Below, piece by piece: positions 38,567 to 52,823 of a DNA stretch of 64,000 bases (position 1 is the first letter of the stretch; each line of letters starts with the position of its first letter). A program made the position numbers and the translations under genes. The notes beneath the pieces were generated by a model. That model was not told the origin of the DNA. It searched no databases and was given only the letters and a program-made list of their open reading frames with translations. The stretch is from assembly GCA_002269645.1 (NCBI GenBank), contig NIVC01000297.1, forward strand, positions 248,001-312,000, written 5' to 3'. The DNA is from Macrostomum lignano. Taxonomy: Eukaryota.

Positions 38567-40281
38567 GTGCCACCCGACATCTGTAGGCTCAGCCATGTAG
38601 TTTCCCAGAGCCCCCGAGATCCGGCCGACCCGCCCCCCAAAATGGAATTCGCCATGGCTGGCTTCGGCGAGATGAACGGCAACCCCGACGCCTGCCCGCC
38701 GCCGCACTCTTACAGGTCGCATCATCACCAGCCGCCGCTGCAGCACCCGCGAATGCTCGACCAGCCGCCGCCGCTCGATGACGAAGCCACGGCGATTGCC
38801 GATGGCGTCGTGGCGACCCCAGCAGGGAATCGTCGGGGCGGCGCCGCGGCCAGTTCCGACTGCGAGCGGGTGGTCATCAACGTCAGCGGTCTGCGGTTCG
38901 AGACGCAGCTGAAAACTCTGGCCCAGTTCCCGAGTCGTTGCTGGGCGACCCTCTCAAACGGAACCGCTACTACGACCCGTTGAGAAACGAATACTTTTTC
39001 GATCGTAATCGGCCTTCGTTCGACGCGATTTTGTACTTTTACCAGAGCGGCGGCAGGCTGCGCCGGCCCGTTAACGTCCCCATTGACGTCTTCACGGAGG
39101 AGATCCGCTTCTACGAGCTTGGCGAGGAGGCCATCGAGAAGTACCGCGACGACGAGGGCTTCATCAAAGAGGAGGTCAAGGTGCTGCCCGAAGACGAGTT
39201 CCAGCGCAAAGTCTGGCTGCTGTTCGAGTACCCGGAGAGCTCCATGGCAGCCAGGGTGATCGCCATCATCTCGGTTTGCGTCATCCTGCTCAGCATCGTG
39301 ATCTTCTGCATGGAGACTCTGCCCCACTTCCGGCACTACAAAGTCGTCAACGACACGTTCGGCAACGTCACCAGCCACGCTATCGAGGAGGATGACATAC
39401 CGCAATTTGACGAGCCCTTCTTCGTCATCGAGACAATCTGCATCATCTGGTTCACCTTCGAGCTGCTGGTCCGGTTCGCTTCGTCGCCGGAGAAGCTCGC
39501 CTTCTTCAAGAACATGATGAACTCCATCGACATCGTGGCCATCATTCCCTACTTCATCACGCTCGGCACGGTGATCGCAGACGACAGTCGAAGCAACCAG
39601 GCGATGTCTCTGGCCATCCTGCGGGTTATCCGTCTGGTGCGAGTGTTCCGAATCTTCAAGCTGAGCCGCCACTTCAAGGGACTGCAGATCCTCGGCCAGA
39701 CTCTCAGAGCATCGGTTCGAGAGCTCGGCCTGCTGGTGTTCTTCCTGCTCATCAGCGTGATCCTCTTCTCCTCAGCCGTGTACTTTGCCGAGGCCGACTC
39801 GGCCCTCAAGTCGCATTTCGACTCGATACCGTCGGCGTTCTGGTGGGCTGTGGTCACCATGACAACGGTTGGCTACGGCGATATGCGGCCCGTGACGGTC
39901 TGGGGCAAGCTGGTGGGGTCCCTGTGCGCCATAGCCGGTGTGCTGACCATAGCCCTGCCCGTGCCAGTGATTGTGTCCAACTTCAACTACTTCTACCACC
40001 GGGAGACCGAGTCCGAGGACAAGCAGACCTACGTGCACATCCAGTCCTGCCCGGCCTACAGCCGCGACTCCAACGCGGCGGTTCAGAAAAGCTCGCTGGC
40101 CTCGTTATCTGACGTCCTGGAAGCAGATCCAGAAGCTACAGAGGCGCTGCAGCAGCAGCCTATCGAACCGCAGCAGAGCACGCGGCGACAAAATCACTCC
40201 AAACAGCAGCAGCAGCAGCAGAATTCTGCAGGCACAGCAAGTCCCAAGTGTCCAGTTAGCTGCTTTGAAACTGACGTGTGA
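38567..40281 (+). CDS. Sh (KCNA): Intronless Shaker/Kv1 voltage-gated potassium channel; 1-nt frameshift near 38930
   Basis: T1 domain [23 protein letters not shown] then LLGDP...[16 protein letters not shown]; S4 [21 protein letters not shown]; pore TMTTVGYGD; PVP hinge; C-terminal PDZ ligand ETDV. ccg-agtcg lacks one G for P-E-S. Confidence 0.95.
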
Positions 40282-42279
40282 CGCCACACTCAGGCCCCTC
40301 TCCCCCCCGGTCCCCGAGCAGCTCCCGCGGCTTGTCGGAAAAATCTGTGGACTTCCTTAATTTGCAGAGAAATCACAAACACACGCACACAATGCGCACG
40401 AGAGCACACAAATATTTTAAATCGTCATTCTTTCGCCTTCATTCGACGCATGTTGAGTCCAGCTGCCGCTTGCAGGTCCAACATCTCAAGCTCGGTCTCA
40501 GACAAGCGACTCAGACAATGCGCCGGGCTACCATTATCAAATAACTGCCAACAATTCATTCATCAGTTTGGTAAGCTTGCCATTGCGGCCTTGTTGCTTG
40601 TTTAATGAAACAGGACCTGTCGAGAGCAGTGCTAAATTCTTATTAAGTAGTAGGGCCAGGGACCCTGGAGAACCATCGTCCCAGACATGAATCTGAGCAC
40701 ATAAGCCCCGAATGAATGTGGCCGCGAACGGAATGGAACCAAGGGGGTCTGCCCTCTTATTAACTACATATAGGTCAATAAGACCCTAGTGATGAGATCA
40801 GGTGCGCAATAGGTACAAACTGCGGTAGGAAATTAATATAAAAAACCCCATCAATTCAGACCAAAGATAGAAATAGCCGAAGGGGTCAGAGAGATCTAAG
40901 GCGGAAGGCTAAATAAACGAATGACTCATGCACCCAGAGCTCCGGGAACAATATTTGCGAATGAGATAGATAATAACCCGCACTGCAGCTGCCTCTTGCC
41001 CGCCAGATAAGCATGACATAAGTGTAAGCTATCATTTTTCTACCCAACAGCTTTTTTGAGCAGCTTCTGCGCTGCAGAGAAGTAAGGGGATGTGTGCAAA
41101 GAGAAACGGGAGAGAGAGAGGGGGGGTCCAAACCTGCAGTCAAATTGGCCATTGTTTCAGCGTCGCGTACGCGGGAGCCACCAGCTAAGAGGGGGGGGGG
41201 AAGCAGCCGACCCCAATCCCAGCAACTATCTATCCGCAGCAGCAGAAGCTGTCTCCCTCCTCAATCCCGACCCCAATTTCAGCTGTTCCCGAGCTCAAGA
41301 AAACTGGCAAAGCACGCATAAGGGCTGAATGAGTGATGGAGGATGGCATTGCTTAGGCAAGAGACGCAGCGGATAAGGATAAGGGCTTTAGGGAGGAGGG
41401 GGCGGGGCCGATGTACTCTTCTCGGATCCTGTGCCGCCCATAAGCCACGAGCTCTCCGCCATGGGCTTCTCTGCCTCCGCTAGCGCTCGAATCTGCGCAT
41501 TAGCTGTCCAGCCTCCCCTATATAGCCATTGGGTGATATATATACATATTTATTGCCATAAAAAGGAGTTTTTACAAGATAGGCAGAGAGAGAGACCGGG
41601 AGGGTTTGAGCAGTGCAGCTCAGAGGGAGGACCGCATCTCTCTATCCCATATACCGCATCCATCCCAGCCCCACAGCCACCCCAGCAGCTTAGGGGTTAG
41701 GGGGAGAAGATGGGGTTGGTTCTGACTGATTCGTCTCAGTGCCTGTGTTTCTATGCTAGATACAGATGTGACGCCTTCTCTCCCTTCCCCCCAACCACAC
41801 CTGAATCCCTAATCCCAATTAATTATCGTTCTATTTTTTATTGTTTGACAATCCCGCGCTTATCTGTTGCGCATCAATTCTTTGCAAAGTTAACTACGAT
41901 ACATATCGACTGCTGAAATAAGTCCGCGAATTTGTGTGCTTGTAGTTTTCAAGTTACCAAGTTTTAAAGGCTAAAATCTTGGACACGAATCATTGTTAGG
42001 ACCTTTTCCTTGTCAACTAGTAATTCTTTTATCATACTCGTATATACTAACTAAATTCAGTTTAGCAAACGGAACTCGTATCTCTTATCTAGGGGTGTTC
42101 GGGATGGCATTTTTTTCGGGGTTCGGGGTTAACCCCGATCCCGAACATTTATCGGGAACCCCGAACCCCATCCCGAACATTCATCGGGACCCCGAACCCC
42201 GAACACCCCTACTCTTATCTCACTGTCTACCGATTTCTTCTTTCTATCCCTATTCTCACTCTCCTCCCATTCTCAATCT

Positions 42280-43075
42280 CCTTTCCTCTCCCATTCTCAC
42301 TCTCCTTTCCTCTCCCATTCTCCTCTCCTCTCCCTCCCATTCTCCTCTCCTCTCCCTCCCATTCTCCTCTCCTCTCCCTCCCATTCTCCTCTCCTCTCCC
42401 TCCCATTCTCCTCTCCTCTCCCTCCCATTCTCCTCTCCTCTCCCTCCCATTCTCCTCTCCTCTCCCTCCCATTCTCCTCTCCTCTCCTCCCATTCTCCTC
42501 TCCTCTCCCTCCCATTCTCCTCTCCTCTCCCTCCCATTCTCCTCTCCTCTCCCTCCCATTCTCCTCTCCTCTCCCTCCCATTCTCCTCTCCTCTCCCTCC
42601 CATTCTCCTCTCCTCTCCCTCCCATTCTCCTCTCCTCTCCCTCCCATTCTCCTCTCCTCTCCCTCCCATTCTCCTCTCCTCTCCCTCCCATTCTCCTCTC
42701 CTCTCCCTCCCATTCTCCTCTCCCTCCCATTCTCCTCTCCTCTCCCTCCCATTCTCCTCTCCTCTCCCTCCCATTCTCCTCTCCTCTCCCTCCCATTCTC
42801 CTCTCCTCTCCCTCCCATTCTCCTCTCCTCTCCCTCCCATTCTCCTCTCCTCTCCCTCCCATTCTCCTCTCCTCTCCCTCCCATTCTCCTCTCCTCTCCC
42901 TCCCATTCTCCTCTCCTCTCCCTCCCATTCTCCTCTCCTCTCCCTCCCATTCTCCTCTCCTCTCCCTCCCATTCTCACTCTCCTTTACTCTCCCATTCTC
43001 ACTCTCTTTTCCTCTCCCATTCTCTCTCCTCTCCCTTCCATTCTCACTTTCCCCCAATTCTTACTCTCCTCTCCC
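42280..43075. repeat. 22-bp polypyrimidine minisatellite (cccattctcctctcctctccct)
   Basis: Visible tandem array. Confidence 0.95.
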
Positions 43076-43790
43076 ATTCTCACTCTCCTCTTCGACTCTC
43101 ACTCTCCTCTCCCATTCTCACTTCCGCTCGCATTCATTCGCAGAAGGGTAGTTTATGGTAAAAATTTCACAAAACCCTAAATTTCAGATGCGCTGGCCGA
43201 CAACCAGTTTCAGATATCTGCATCATCTGGAAATGCTCATTCTGCCATTAAAATAATTATAATCATAACTAAGATATAATTGCAACCTCCATCTATGTGA
43301 GCTGTTCTGTGCTATTCAACTTTTTAAAAATCCTTTAGTTTTAAATTAAGAATCAACTCCTTGATTACGTAATTGAATAATTGAAAAAGTTATATTTATG
43401 CATGCTACAAATGCTGTGCTAAGTTTTGGCGATTAAACATGATTCACTTACCATTGGATTAGTAATATAAATACACTCATCATGGCTATACTGAATAGTT
43501 ATAACTTTTATTTAAATAACACGAGCGTTCCCGAGAATCAACGCCTGGGCCTGGAATTGCTTTATTAGCTAAGCAGGCTTCCGGTTGCAGCAGCTCATCT
43601 ATTCCTGTCCCAGGACCACAAAAACTTTTGCTTGAATAATTGTTAATTATGCAAAACTTAAACTCATTTTATCCCAACCTATCGCTTGCCCTCCGTGTCG
43701 CCAGGCGCGACTCTCTCCGTCCCTTGAGACCTCAGAAAGCTTCAGCTCGAACGCTGAACTGTATGCGTTACAGCAGTACTGGGGTGGCCA

Positions 43791-43821
<31 letters not shown>

Positions 43822-45264
43822 AATCAATCAATCAATCAATCAATCTATGTACAGGTTGAAAAACACAGTAAAAATAGTTGCTAAGCAGCAATTTACTTGG
43901 AAAAACTTCGACCAGTCTCCTGTAATTAAATATCACTGAAAAGTACAGGAGCTGAGAACTAATCAATAAATGTATACTTTTATATAAATAGATATGATGA
44001 TAAATAAGTTAGCAGAGGGATTTACACAGCTCTGAAATTGGATCTCCCCGGAATAGCCCAGCCAATGAGCAGTGATGGCAATTACACGCATTTTTACACA
44101 AACTATTTTGTCTCGCTTCAATTAGAAACAGATTTGCGGTGCATCTTAGCGAAACGAATTCAAAAGAGAGGACAAAAAACTTTTCAGGCTAACAGATAAA
44201 AAGTGCATAAAGTTATTTCTTAAAAAATCGTACAATATATTAAAACAAACAAGCAAACGATAATTTGCAGCGAATAAAAGTGCAAGCAGGAGGGAGCCCC
44301 GGCGAGAATGTGGTCGATTTGTTTTACTTTGCAAAAAGCTTTCAATTACTACTTGCAAAGTACAATAAGTAGTATACACTGGACCGCTATTTAATAATTT
44401 AGCTAGTAGTTGCAATGTAAGCAGTTTATTATCACATTCGTAGGGAATTGGTTTAAAAAAAGTGGGAGGGTCATTCAAGGTCATGACACAAAGTAGCAAA
44501 AAGTACTTTTTGATAAAGATTTTTTTAGCATAACAGAGAAGCGCATAGAAATTGAATATTTATTTGCTTTTCTCTACCTGCTTGCGTAACCATACAAGGA
44601 AAGAAGTTCAGGGTACAAGTCGCCAAAAAATTGTCTAAGAGTTGCCTAAAGAGTCAATTGGAGTGGGACCTGAGGCGTTGTTTGCAATGACTCTTTAGCG
44701 ATTCTAAAGAGGGCAGAGAGGGTAAAGGAGAGGGTTATCAGGCGGGTAACCGTTCAGTGTCCCAATAATAAAAGCCCCAGTCAAACACAGAAGACAAACA
44801 CACGAGCAAAATAAAGTTGATAATATTAAAACAAACTAAACATAATTTAGTGGGCTGAGGGCACACTTTGAACAGTTAATCAGATATGAATAGCAGATAT
44901 GCAAAGTCACAATTATAATATATACTACTTATAGCACTAAAACAAGGTAATAGGGTGCCAGACAGGATGCTCAGATAAAAAATGATAAATAAATCAATTT
45001 TGTCCACCTAAATAAGAATTCAGACAATTATTCAGGTTGAACAAACAGGCTATACATACAACACATTTTAACTTGGTAATGGGAGGCTCCTCAGGTGAAA
45101 CCAGGAGAATCACAATTCAATAGTAGAGAGCAGAGAAAAAAGGTAAAAAGAACAGGGTTTACCAGCAGCGGCTTCAACAGTGGCAAAGAGTTAAGCAGTT
45201 GTGCGAAACAGCAGAGATGGATGCTAATGGGTTGTCAGTTCTTGGGATTTTTGCAACAGCTCAA

Positions 45265-45712
45265 GGGATTATCAATGATGGGGATTTTGAAGTGGATTAT
45301 CATTAAGGTATTATCGATGGTGGGGATTTTGAAGTGGATTATCATTAAGGTATTATCGATGGTGGGGATTTTGAAGTGGATTATGCCAAGGGATTATCAA
45401 TGATGGGGATTTTGAATTGGATTATGCCAAGGGATTATCAATGATGGGGATTTTGAAGTGGATTATGCCAAGGGATTATCAATAATGCGGATTTTGAAGT
45501 GGATTATGCCAAGGGATTATCAATAATGGGGATTTTGAAGTGGATTATGCCAAGGGATTATCAATAATGGGGATTTTGAAGTGGATTATGCCAAGGGATT
45601 ATCAATGATGGGGATTTTGAAGTGGATTATGCCAAGGGATTATCAATGATGGGGATTTTGAAGTGGATTATCGCCAAGGGATTATCAATGATGGGGATTT
45701 TGAATTGGATTT
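45265..45712. repeat. 41-bp minisatellite (ggattatgccaagggattatcaatgatggggattttgaagt)
   Basis: Visible tandem array. Confidence 0.9.
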
Positions 45713-45880
45713 AAGCAGGCGTGCATGGCTCGGGTTATTAAGCAAGCAACTAAGCAAACAAATTTAAAAACGCGGGAAAAAGGTGAGCCACTGCGAGAGT
45801 TACTCGTAGTCAAACAAACAAACAAGATTCATAGTGCAGCAACAAAATAGAGAAGAAAATTCTTCTAGAAGTGGATTTAC

Positions 45881-48800
45881 TTAGCCAGAGGCTGCAGCCG
45901 GAGGTTCTGAGCTCGAATCCTGCTGCTGCTGCCCGTAGCAGTGCAGGATGGCTTCGCAGACGAATTTAAACTGAGACGGAGTCTGAATCAGCATCGCTCG
46001 CTGGTCGCGCATTCGGCGAACAATTTCCAGCGGACAGACTGGCAGGCCGGCCTCCAGCAGGCACAGCGCCGTCTCCATGGTGATGAGGACTCCGGTTCGG
46101 CCAATCCCGGCCGAGCAGTGCACCACCATCGGCTCCAGGTGGCCGGAACGGAGCGATCGAACTTTGGACACGAATGCTAGGAATTCGGCGTGGCTCACTG
46201 GGGTGCCGTGATCTGGCCAACTGCTGTACTGCAGCTGCGTCACCTGCATGGGGATTAGGGACTGATTGTTGATAGCCTGCACTGTACACCCGCTAACTGG
46301 ACACCTGTACACCCGCTAACTGGACACCTGTACACCCGCTAACTGGACACCTGTACACCCTGCTAACTGGACACCTGTACACCCTGCTAACCAGACACCT
46401 GTACACCCTGCTAACTGGACACCTGTACACCCTGCTAACTGGACACCTGTACACCCTGCTAACTGGACACCTGTACACCCTGCTAACTAGACACCTGTAC
46501 ACCCCGCTAACTAGACACCTGTACACCCCGCTAACTAGACAACTGTACACCCCGCTAACTAGACACCTGTACACCCCGCTAACTGGACACCTGTACACCC
46601 TGCTAACTGGACACCTGTACACTCCGCTAACTGGACACCTGTACACCCTGCTAACTAGACACCTGTACACCCCGCTAACTAGACACCTGTACACCCCGCT
46701 AACTAGACACCTGTACACCCCGCTAACTAGACAACTGTACACCCCGCTAACTAGACACCTGTACACCCCGCTAACTGGACACCTGTACACCCTGCTAACT
46801 GGACACCTGTACACCCTGCTAACTGGACACCTGTACACCCTGCTAACTAGACACCTGTACACCCCGCTAACTAGACACCTGTACACCCCGCTAACTAGAG
46901 TATCACTTAAATACACTCACCTGTCTCTCTCGACCGCCCCGACTCAAAATGAACTCTCGCACGCAGATTCCAGCCGGGTCATCGGCCGAACCGGCAACAA
47001 CAGCAGGAGCGGCGGCGGCGCCATCCTCGGCCAGCTGCTCGGACACGCAGGTGACAGCAAGTCCAGCAAATTCGGCGCACTCGTACAGCTTCGGCCAGTA
47101 TTGATGGCATTTTGCTCGGCCACGCTCTACGCTAGCGGTTAGCATAGCAACTAGTGAGACGCTCTGCTCCCAGCACATCAACCAGAAATCGGCGCACGTG
47201 TTGGCCAGGGGTCCTTGGGCGGCGATGTAGCGGTTCACTATGCCGCTGGGCAGGGGAATCTCCATGTTGACGAAGCTGGCATTGATGTAGTCTGTGCCAG
47301 TGATGCTGGCGTCTTGTAGGGTCACCCGGGTGGCGTCGTCTGTTCATTTGATTGGGGGGGGGGTCTTATTAAGTTCTAGTCACGATTAGATTATTAAAGA
47401 GACCGGCTGACAGGCGGACAAACCGAATACAGACATAAGCAGACAGACAGACAGACGGACAGACAGACAGACAGACAGACGAACAGACAGGCACGCAGAC
47501 AGACAGACAGGCAGGCACGCAGACAGACAGACAGGCAGGCACGCAGACAGACAGACAGGCAGGCACGCAGACAGACAGACAGGCAGGCACGCAGACAGAC
47601 AGACAGACGGACGGACAGACAGACAGACGGACAGACAGACGGAGAGACAGACAAATAGACAGACAGACGGAGAGACAGACAAATAGACAGACAGACAGTA
47701 GAGACCCACAGACAGTAGACCCACAGACAGTACAGACCCGCAGACAGTACAGACCCGCAGACAGTACAGACCCACAGACAGTACAGACCCGCAGACAGTA
47801 CAGACCCGCAGACAGTACAAACCCGCAGACAGTACAGACCCACAGACAGTACAGACCCGCAGACAGACAGACCCGCAGACAGACAGACCCGCAGACACAC
47901 AGCACCAAGACCCTAGACAAAGCCAGCAGTAACACAGACACCAGCAACTCACACGGGCTGATGTCCCGGTACCGGTTCTTCACCACATTCTCAGGCTGCC
48001 TAGCCGCAGTCATACTCAGGCCGGGCTTTCTCCGATACAGATGCTCAAACTGCACCAGAGCGGTGCCATTGCGCAGCGATTCGTCGAGTTGTTGCATGGA
48101 CTCGGCTAAAGTCTGAGGCTGCTTCTGCTGCAGTTGTTGTTGCTGCTGTTGCTGCTGCTGCAGCAGGTGCTGCATCGCAGCTGGCTGCTGGGGGATCGTG
48201 GGGGCTTGATGACGGACGCTACTCCGGAGAGTGGAGACGGCACTCTGCTGTCCGGAATTACTCAACTCGTCCAGCGATGCCGCTGCTCGAATCTGCTTCT
48301 GCTGCTGCTGTTGCTGGGCGGCCCTGTCAACTCCGATCTCAGTCTCCTCGCCGCCAACGCCATCGTCTGTGTACATGGCCGGGCGCACAACCAGCACCAG
48401 CTCGCCAGAGTGCTTCTCGGCGGCCGCTTTAATGAACTGTACAGCTTGCTCGTGCGTGTGCGTGCCCATGTCCCGGCCGTTGATGTACAGCACCTGAGGT
48501 TGATTTGAAAATTATTATAACTTTATAACTTCAAAATGGCACTACTTTGATTTCAAAATGGCACTTCTTTGATTTCAAAATGGCACTACTTTGATTTCAA
48601 AATGGCACTACTTTGATTTCAAAATGGCACTACTTTGATTTCAAAATGGCACTACTTTGATTTCAAAATGGCACTACTTTGATTTCAAAATGGCACTACT
48701 TTTGATTTCAAAATGGCACTACTTTGATTTCAAAATGGCACTACTTTGATTTCAAAATGGCACTACTTTGATTTCAAAATGGCACTACTTTGATTTCAAA

Positions 48801-50193
48801 ATAGCACTACTTTTGATTTCAAAATAGCACTACTTTTGATTTCAAAATGGCACTACTTTGATTTCAAAATGGCACTACTTTGATTTCAAAATGGCACTAC
48901 TTCGATTTCAAGATGGCACTACTTTTTAAAAGTCTTAAAGTAGTCACCTGATCGCCTTCGTGCAGCCGAGGGATGCTTATGTCGGCAGGCATATTGGGCG
49001 CCACCTTGGAAACCAGAATAGGCAAGCCCTGGTCGTAACCGCCTTTAACATTGAATCCAAATCTACCAGATTCGTCCGGCTTAATGCGGATGGTTACCAG
49101 ACTCTCGGCGTAGTTGATGGCGCTCAGATGCTGTCCGGCGTCTTGCAGTCCGGGCGGCTGCGAAAATGGTATGGGGAAAATTTTGGATGTGATTGGGATT
49201 TTGGATGTTTATGTAGTTTCGGGATAAATGGGATTTGGAATAATTGTGTAGCTTTGGGATAAACAGGGTTTGGGATGATTCCGTAGTTTTGGGATAAATG
49301 GGATTTGGGATGACTATGTAGTTTTGGGATAAATGGGGTTTGGGATGATTGTGTAGCTTTGGGATAAACAGGGTTTGGGATGATTCCGTAGTTTTGGGAT
49401 AAAAGGGATTTGGGATAATTCGCTAGTTTTCGGATAAATGGGATTTGGGATAATGGGGATAATTGTATAGCCTTGGGATAAATATGATTTGTGATGATTA
49501 TGTAGTTTTGGGAAAAATGAGATTTGGGATAATTCTGTAGTTTTTGAGTAATGCTGTAAAGTAAAGATATACACTGTATGGTGCACTGAATGATAGGATT
49601 GAAGCATATATTTTGTTGACTAATAAATTCCTAAAAATATACCTAATAAGGTAACTCACGCGGATGTACAATATGGTGACCAGACCCAGAGCCTCAGCAG
49701 CTTCCATAGACAGAAAAGGCATGATGGAGAAGAGTTGGCAGAGCATAAGAGCAATGTAAAAATGACTGTTTTGCTAAGCAGTGAGAGAGGAGAGAGGAAA
49801 GAGGAGACAAAAGATATCAGTTTAGCTGTTGTCCATCCCCATTGGCGATGTTTCTGCAGCCCAATCACGGCTAGGATTGGCCAAGTAAGAAATGGCGAGG
49901 CAGAAACACGGAGCCTCTGTTATAATAGCTTGATTGCTGCGCTCATTTAAATTGTTACATTTTTTACTTTCCACTTAGTAAGTGAATGCTATGAGCCACC
50001 TGAATGCTAGCGGTTAAACCTGTGTCTTTGTGTCATCTTTATGTATGTCTGACTTTCTGTCTGTCTGTCTGTCTGTGTGTCTGTGTGTCTGTCTGTCTGT
50101 CTGACTTTCTGTCTGTCTGTGTGTCTGTCTGTCTGCCTGTTTGTCTGTCTGTCTCTCTGTCTGACTTTCTGTCTGTCTGTCTGTCTGTCTGAG

Positions 50194-50226
<33 letters not shown>

Positions 50227-50277
50227 GTCTGACTTTCTGTTTGTCTGTCTGTCTGTCTGAGTGTCTGTCTGTCTGAG

Positions 50278-50326
<49 letters not shown>

Positions 50327-50571
50327 GAGTGTCTGTCTGTCTGTCAGTCTCTGTCTGCCTGTTTGTCGGTCTGTCTGTCTGTCGATCTGTCTGTCTGTCT
50401 GTCTGTCTGTCTGCGTGTCTGTCTGTCTGTCTGCCTGTCTATCTGTCTGTTTTTCCGTCAGTCATAGTGTCTGTCTGTCTGTCTGCCTGTTTGTCTGTCT
50501 GTCTGTCTGAGTGTCTGTCTGTCTGTCAGTCTCTGTCTGCCTGTTTGTCGGTCTGTCTGTCTGTCTGTCGA

Positions 50572-50618
<47 letters not shown>

Positions 50619-50669
50619 GCGTGTCTGTCTGTCTGCCTGTCCATCTGTCTGTTTTTCCGTCTGTCATAG

Positions 50670-50763
<94 letters not shown>

Positions 50764-51355
50764 CCTGTCTATCTGTCTGTTTTTCCGTCAGTCATAGTGT
50801 CTGTCTGTCTGTCTGCCTGTCTGTCTGTCTGTCTGTCCGTGTCTCTATGCTGCACAGCAAGCGAGCAAAAAAGCTGACAGACCCCTACTGTAGCCACGGA
50901 ACTAGCCAGCAGCATAACCAGACAGCTGCTCGACAGGTGTGTTTGCAGAGAAAATCACACACGCGCAGGATTCGAGTCTCCTCTTATAATTACGGGGACT
51001 TAGTGCAGCGCAGGCAAAGGATCAAAGAAAGCCCGGAGGGCGACAAAAAGAGAGAGGAGGAGCTGAAAAGGAATAGGCAAAATCATTTTCAAATATGGCA
51101 AATGTGAAAGCCGTGGGTCAGGGGGAGACGGACTGAAAGAAAAAAATTAGTTAACGAAAAAGCCCTAATCGACAATTGACAAAATTAGAATTTTTCCCGA
51201 ATCGCTGGAATCTTGCGGAAAAAGATTGGCGCCCTGCTCTGATTGGCGAAGGCCATATTTGGAAATTGTCGTGAGCATGGACTGTAAATAAATGCTTTTA
51301 AAGGATTTCGCAGTTGATACTCAAATCGGAATCAATTAATCAATCAATCAAGAAG

Positions 51356-51391
<36 letters not shown>

Positions 51392-51523
51392 GAAGTCAAT
51401 CAATCCACTAATCAATCAATCAAGAAGTCAAATAATCAGTCAATCCAGAAGTCAATTAATTAATCAATTAATCATGAAGTCAATCAATTAATCAATAAAA
51501 CAAGAAGTCAATCAATCGCGAAG

Positions 51524-51577
<54 letters not shown>

Positions 51578-51783
51578 AGTCAATCAATCCACGAATCAAT
51601 GAATCAACTAAGAAGTCAATCAATTAATCAATCAATCAAGAAGTCAATCAATCCCCCAATCAATCAATCAATCAATAAATTAATCAATCAATCAATCAAT
51701 CAATTAATAAATCAATCAATCAACCAAGAAGTGAATTTATCGATCAATCAAGAAGTCAATCAATTAATCAATCAATCAAGAAG

Positions 51784-51815
<32 letters not shown>

Positions 51816-51975
51816 GAAGTCAATCAATCCACTAATCAATCAAGAAGTCAATCAATCCACTAATCAATCAATCAAGAAGTCAAATAATCAGTCAATCCAG
51901 AAGTCAATTAATTAATCAATTAATCATGAAGTCAATCAATTAATCAATAAAACAAGAAGTCAATCAATCGCGAAG

Positions 51976-52013
<38 letters not shown>

Positions 52014-52402
52014 AGTCAATTAATCCACGAATCAATGAATCAACTAAGAAGTCAATCAATTAATCAATCAATCAAGAAGTCAATCAATCCCCCAATCAAT
52101 CAATCAATCAATAAATTAATCAATCAATCAATCAATTAATCAATCAATCAATCAAAAAGTCAATCAATCCACGAATCGATGAATCAACTAAGAAATCAAT
52201 CAATTAATCAATCCATGAATCAATCAATCAATCAATCAATCAAAAAGTCAATCAATCCACGAATCAATGAATCAACTAAGAAGTCAATCAATTATTAATC
52301 AATCAATCAAGAAGTCAATCAATCCCCCAATCAATCAATCAATCAATAAATTAATCAATCAATCAATCAATCAATAAAACAAGAAGTCAATCAATCGCGA
52401 AG

Positions 52403-52440
<38 letters not shown>

Positions 52441-52779
52441 AGTCAATTAATCCACGAATCAATGAATCAACTAAGAAGTCAATCAATTAATCAATCAATC
52501 AAGAAGTCAATCAATCCCCCAATCAATCAATCAATCAATAAATTAATCAATCAATCAATCAATTAATCAATCAATCAATCAAAAAGTCAATCAATCCACG
52601 AATCGATGAATCAACTAAGAAGTCAATCAATTAATCAATCCATGAATCAATCAATCAATCAATCAATCAAAAAGTCAATCAATCCACGAATCAATGAATC
52701 AACTAAGAAGTCAATCAATTATTAATCAATCAATCAAGAAGTCAATCAATCCCCCAATCAATCAATCAATCAATAAATT

Positions 52780-52823
<44 letters not shown>

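Noticed and set aside
38725-39672. 315-aa minus-strand ORF
   Set aside because: Antisense shadow of the GC3-rich Kv1 coding sequence.
41993-43180. 395-aa and 276-aa ORFs on both strands
   Set aside because: Products of the 22-bp polypyrimidine satellite.
49656-51107. Additional PTP exons (for example near 49670-49750)
   Set aside because: A donor-like GTGAGT is present, but no recognisable PTPN3/4 sequence or phase-consistent acceptor could be established by eye.
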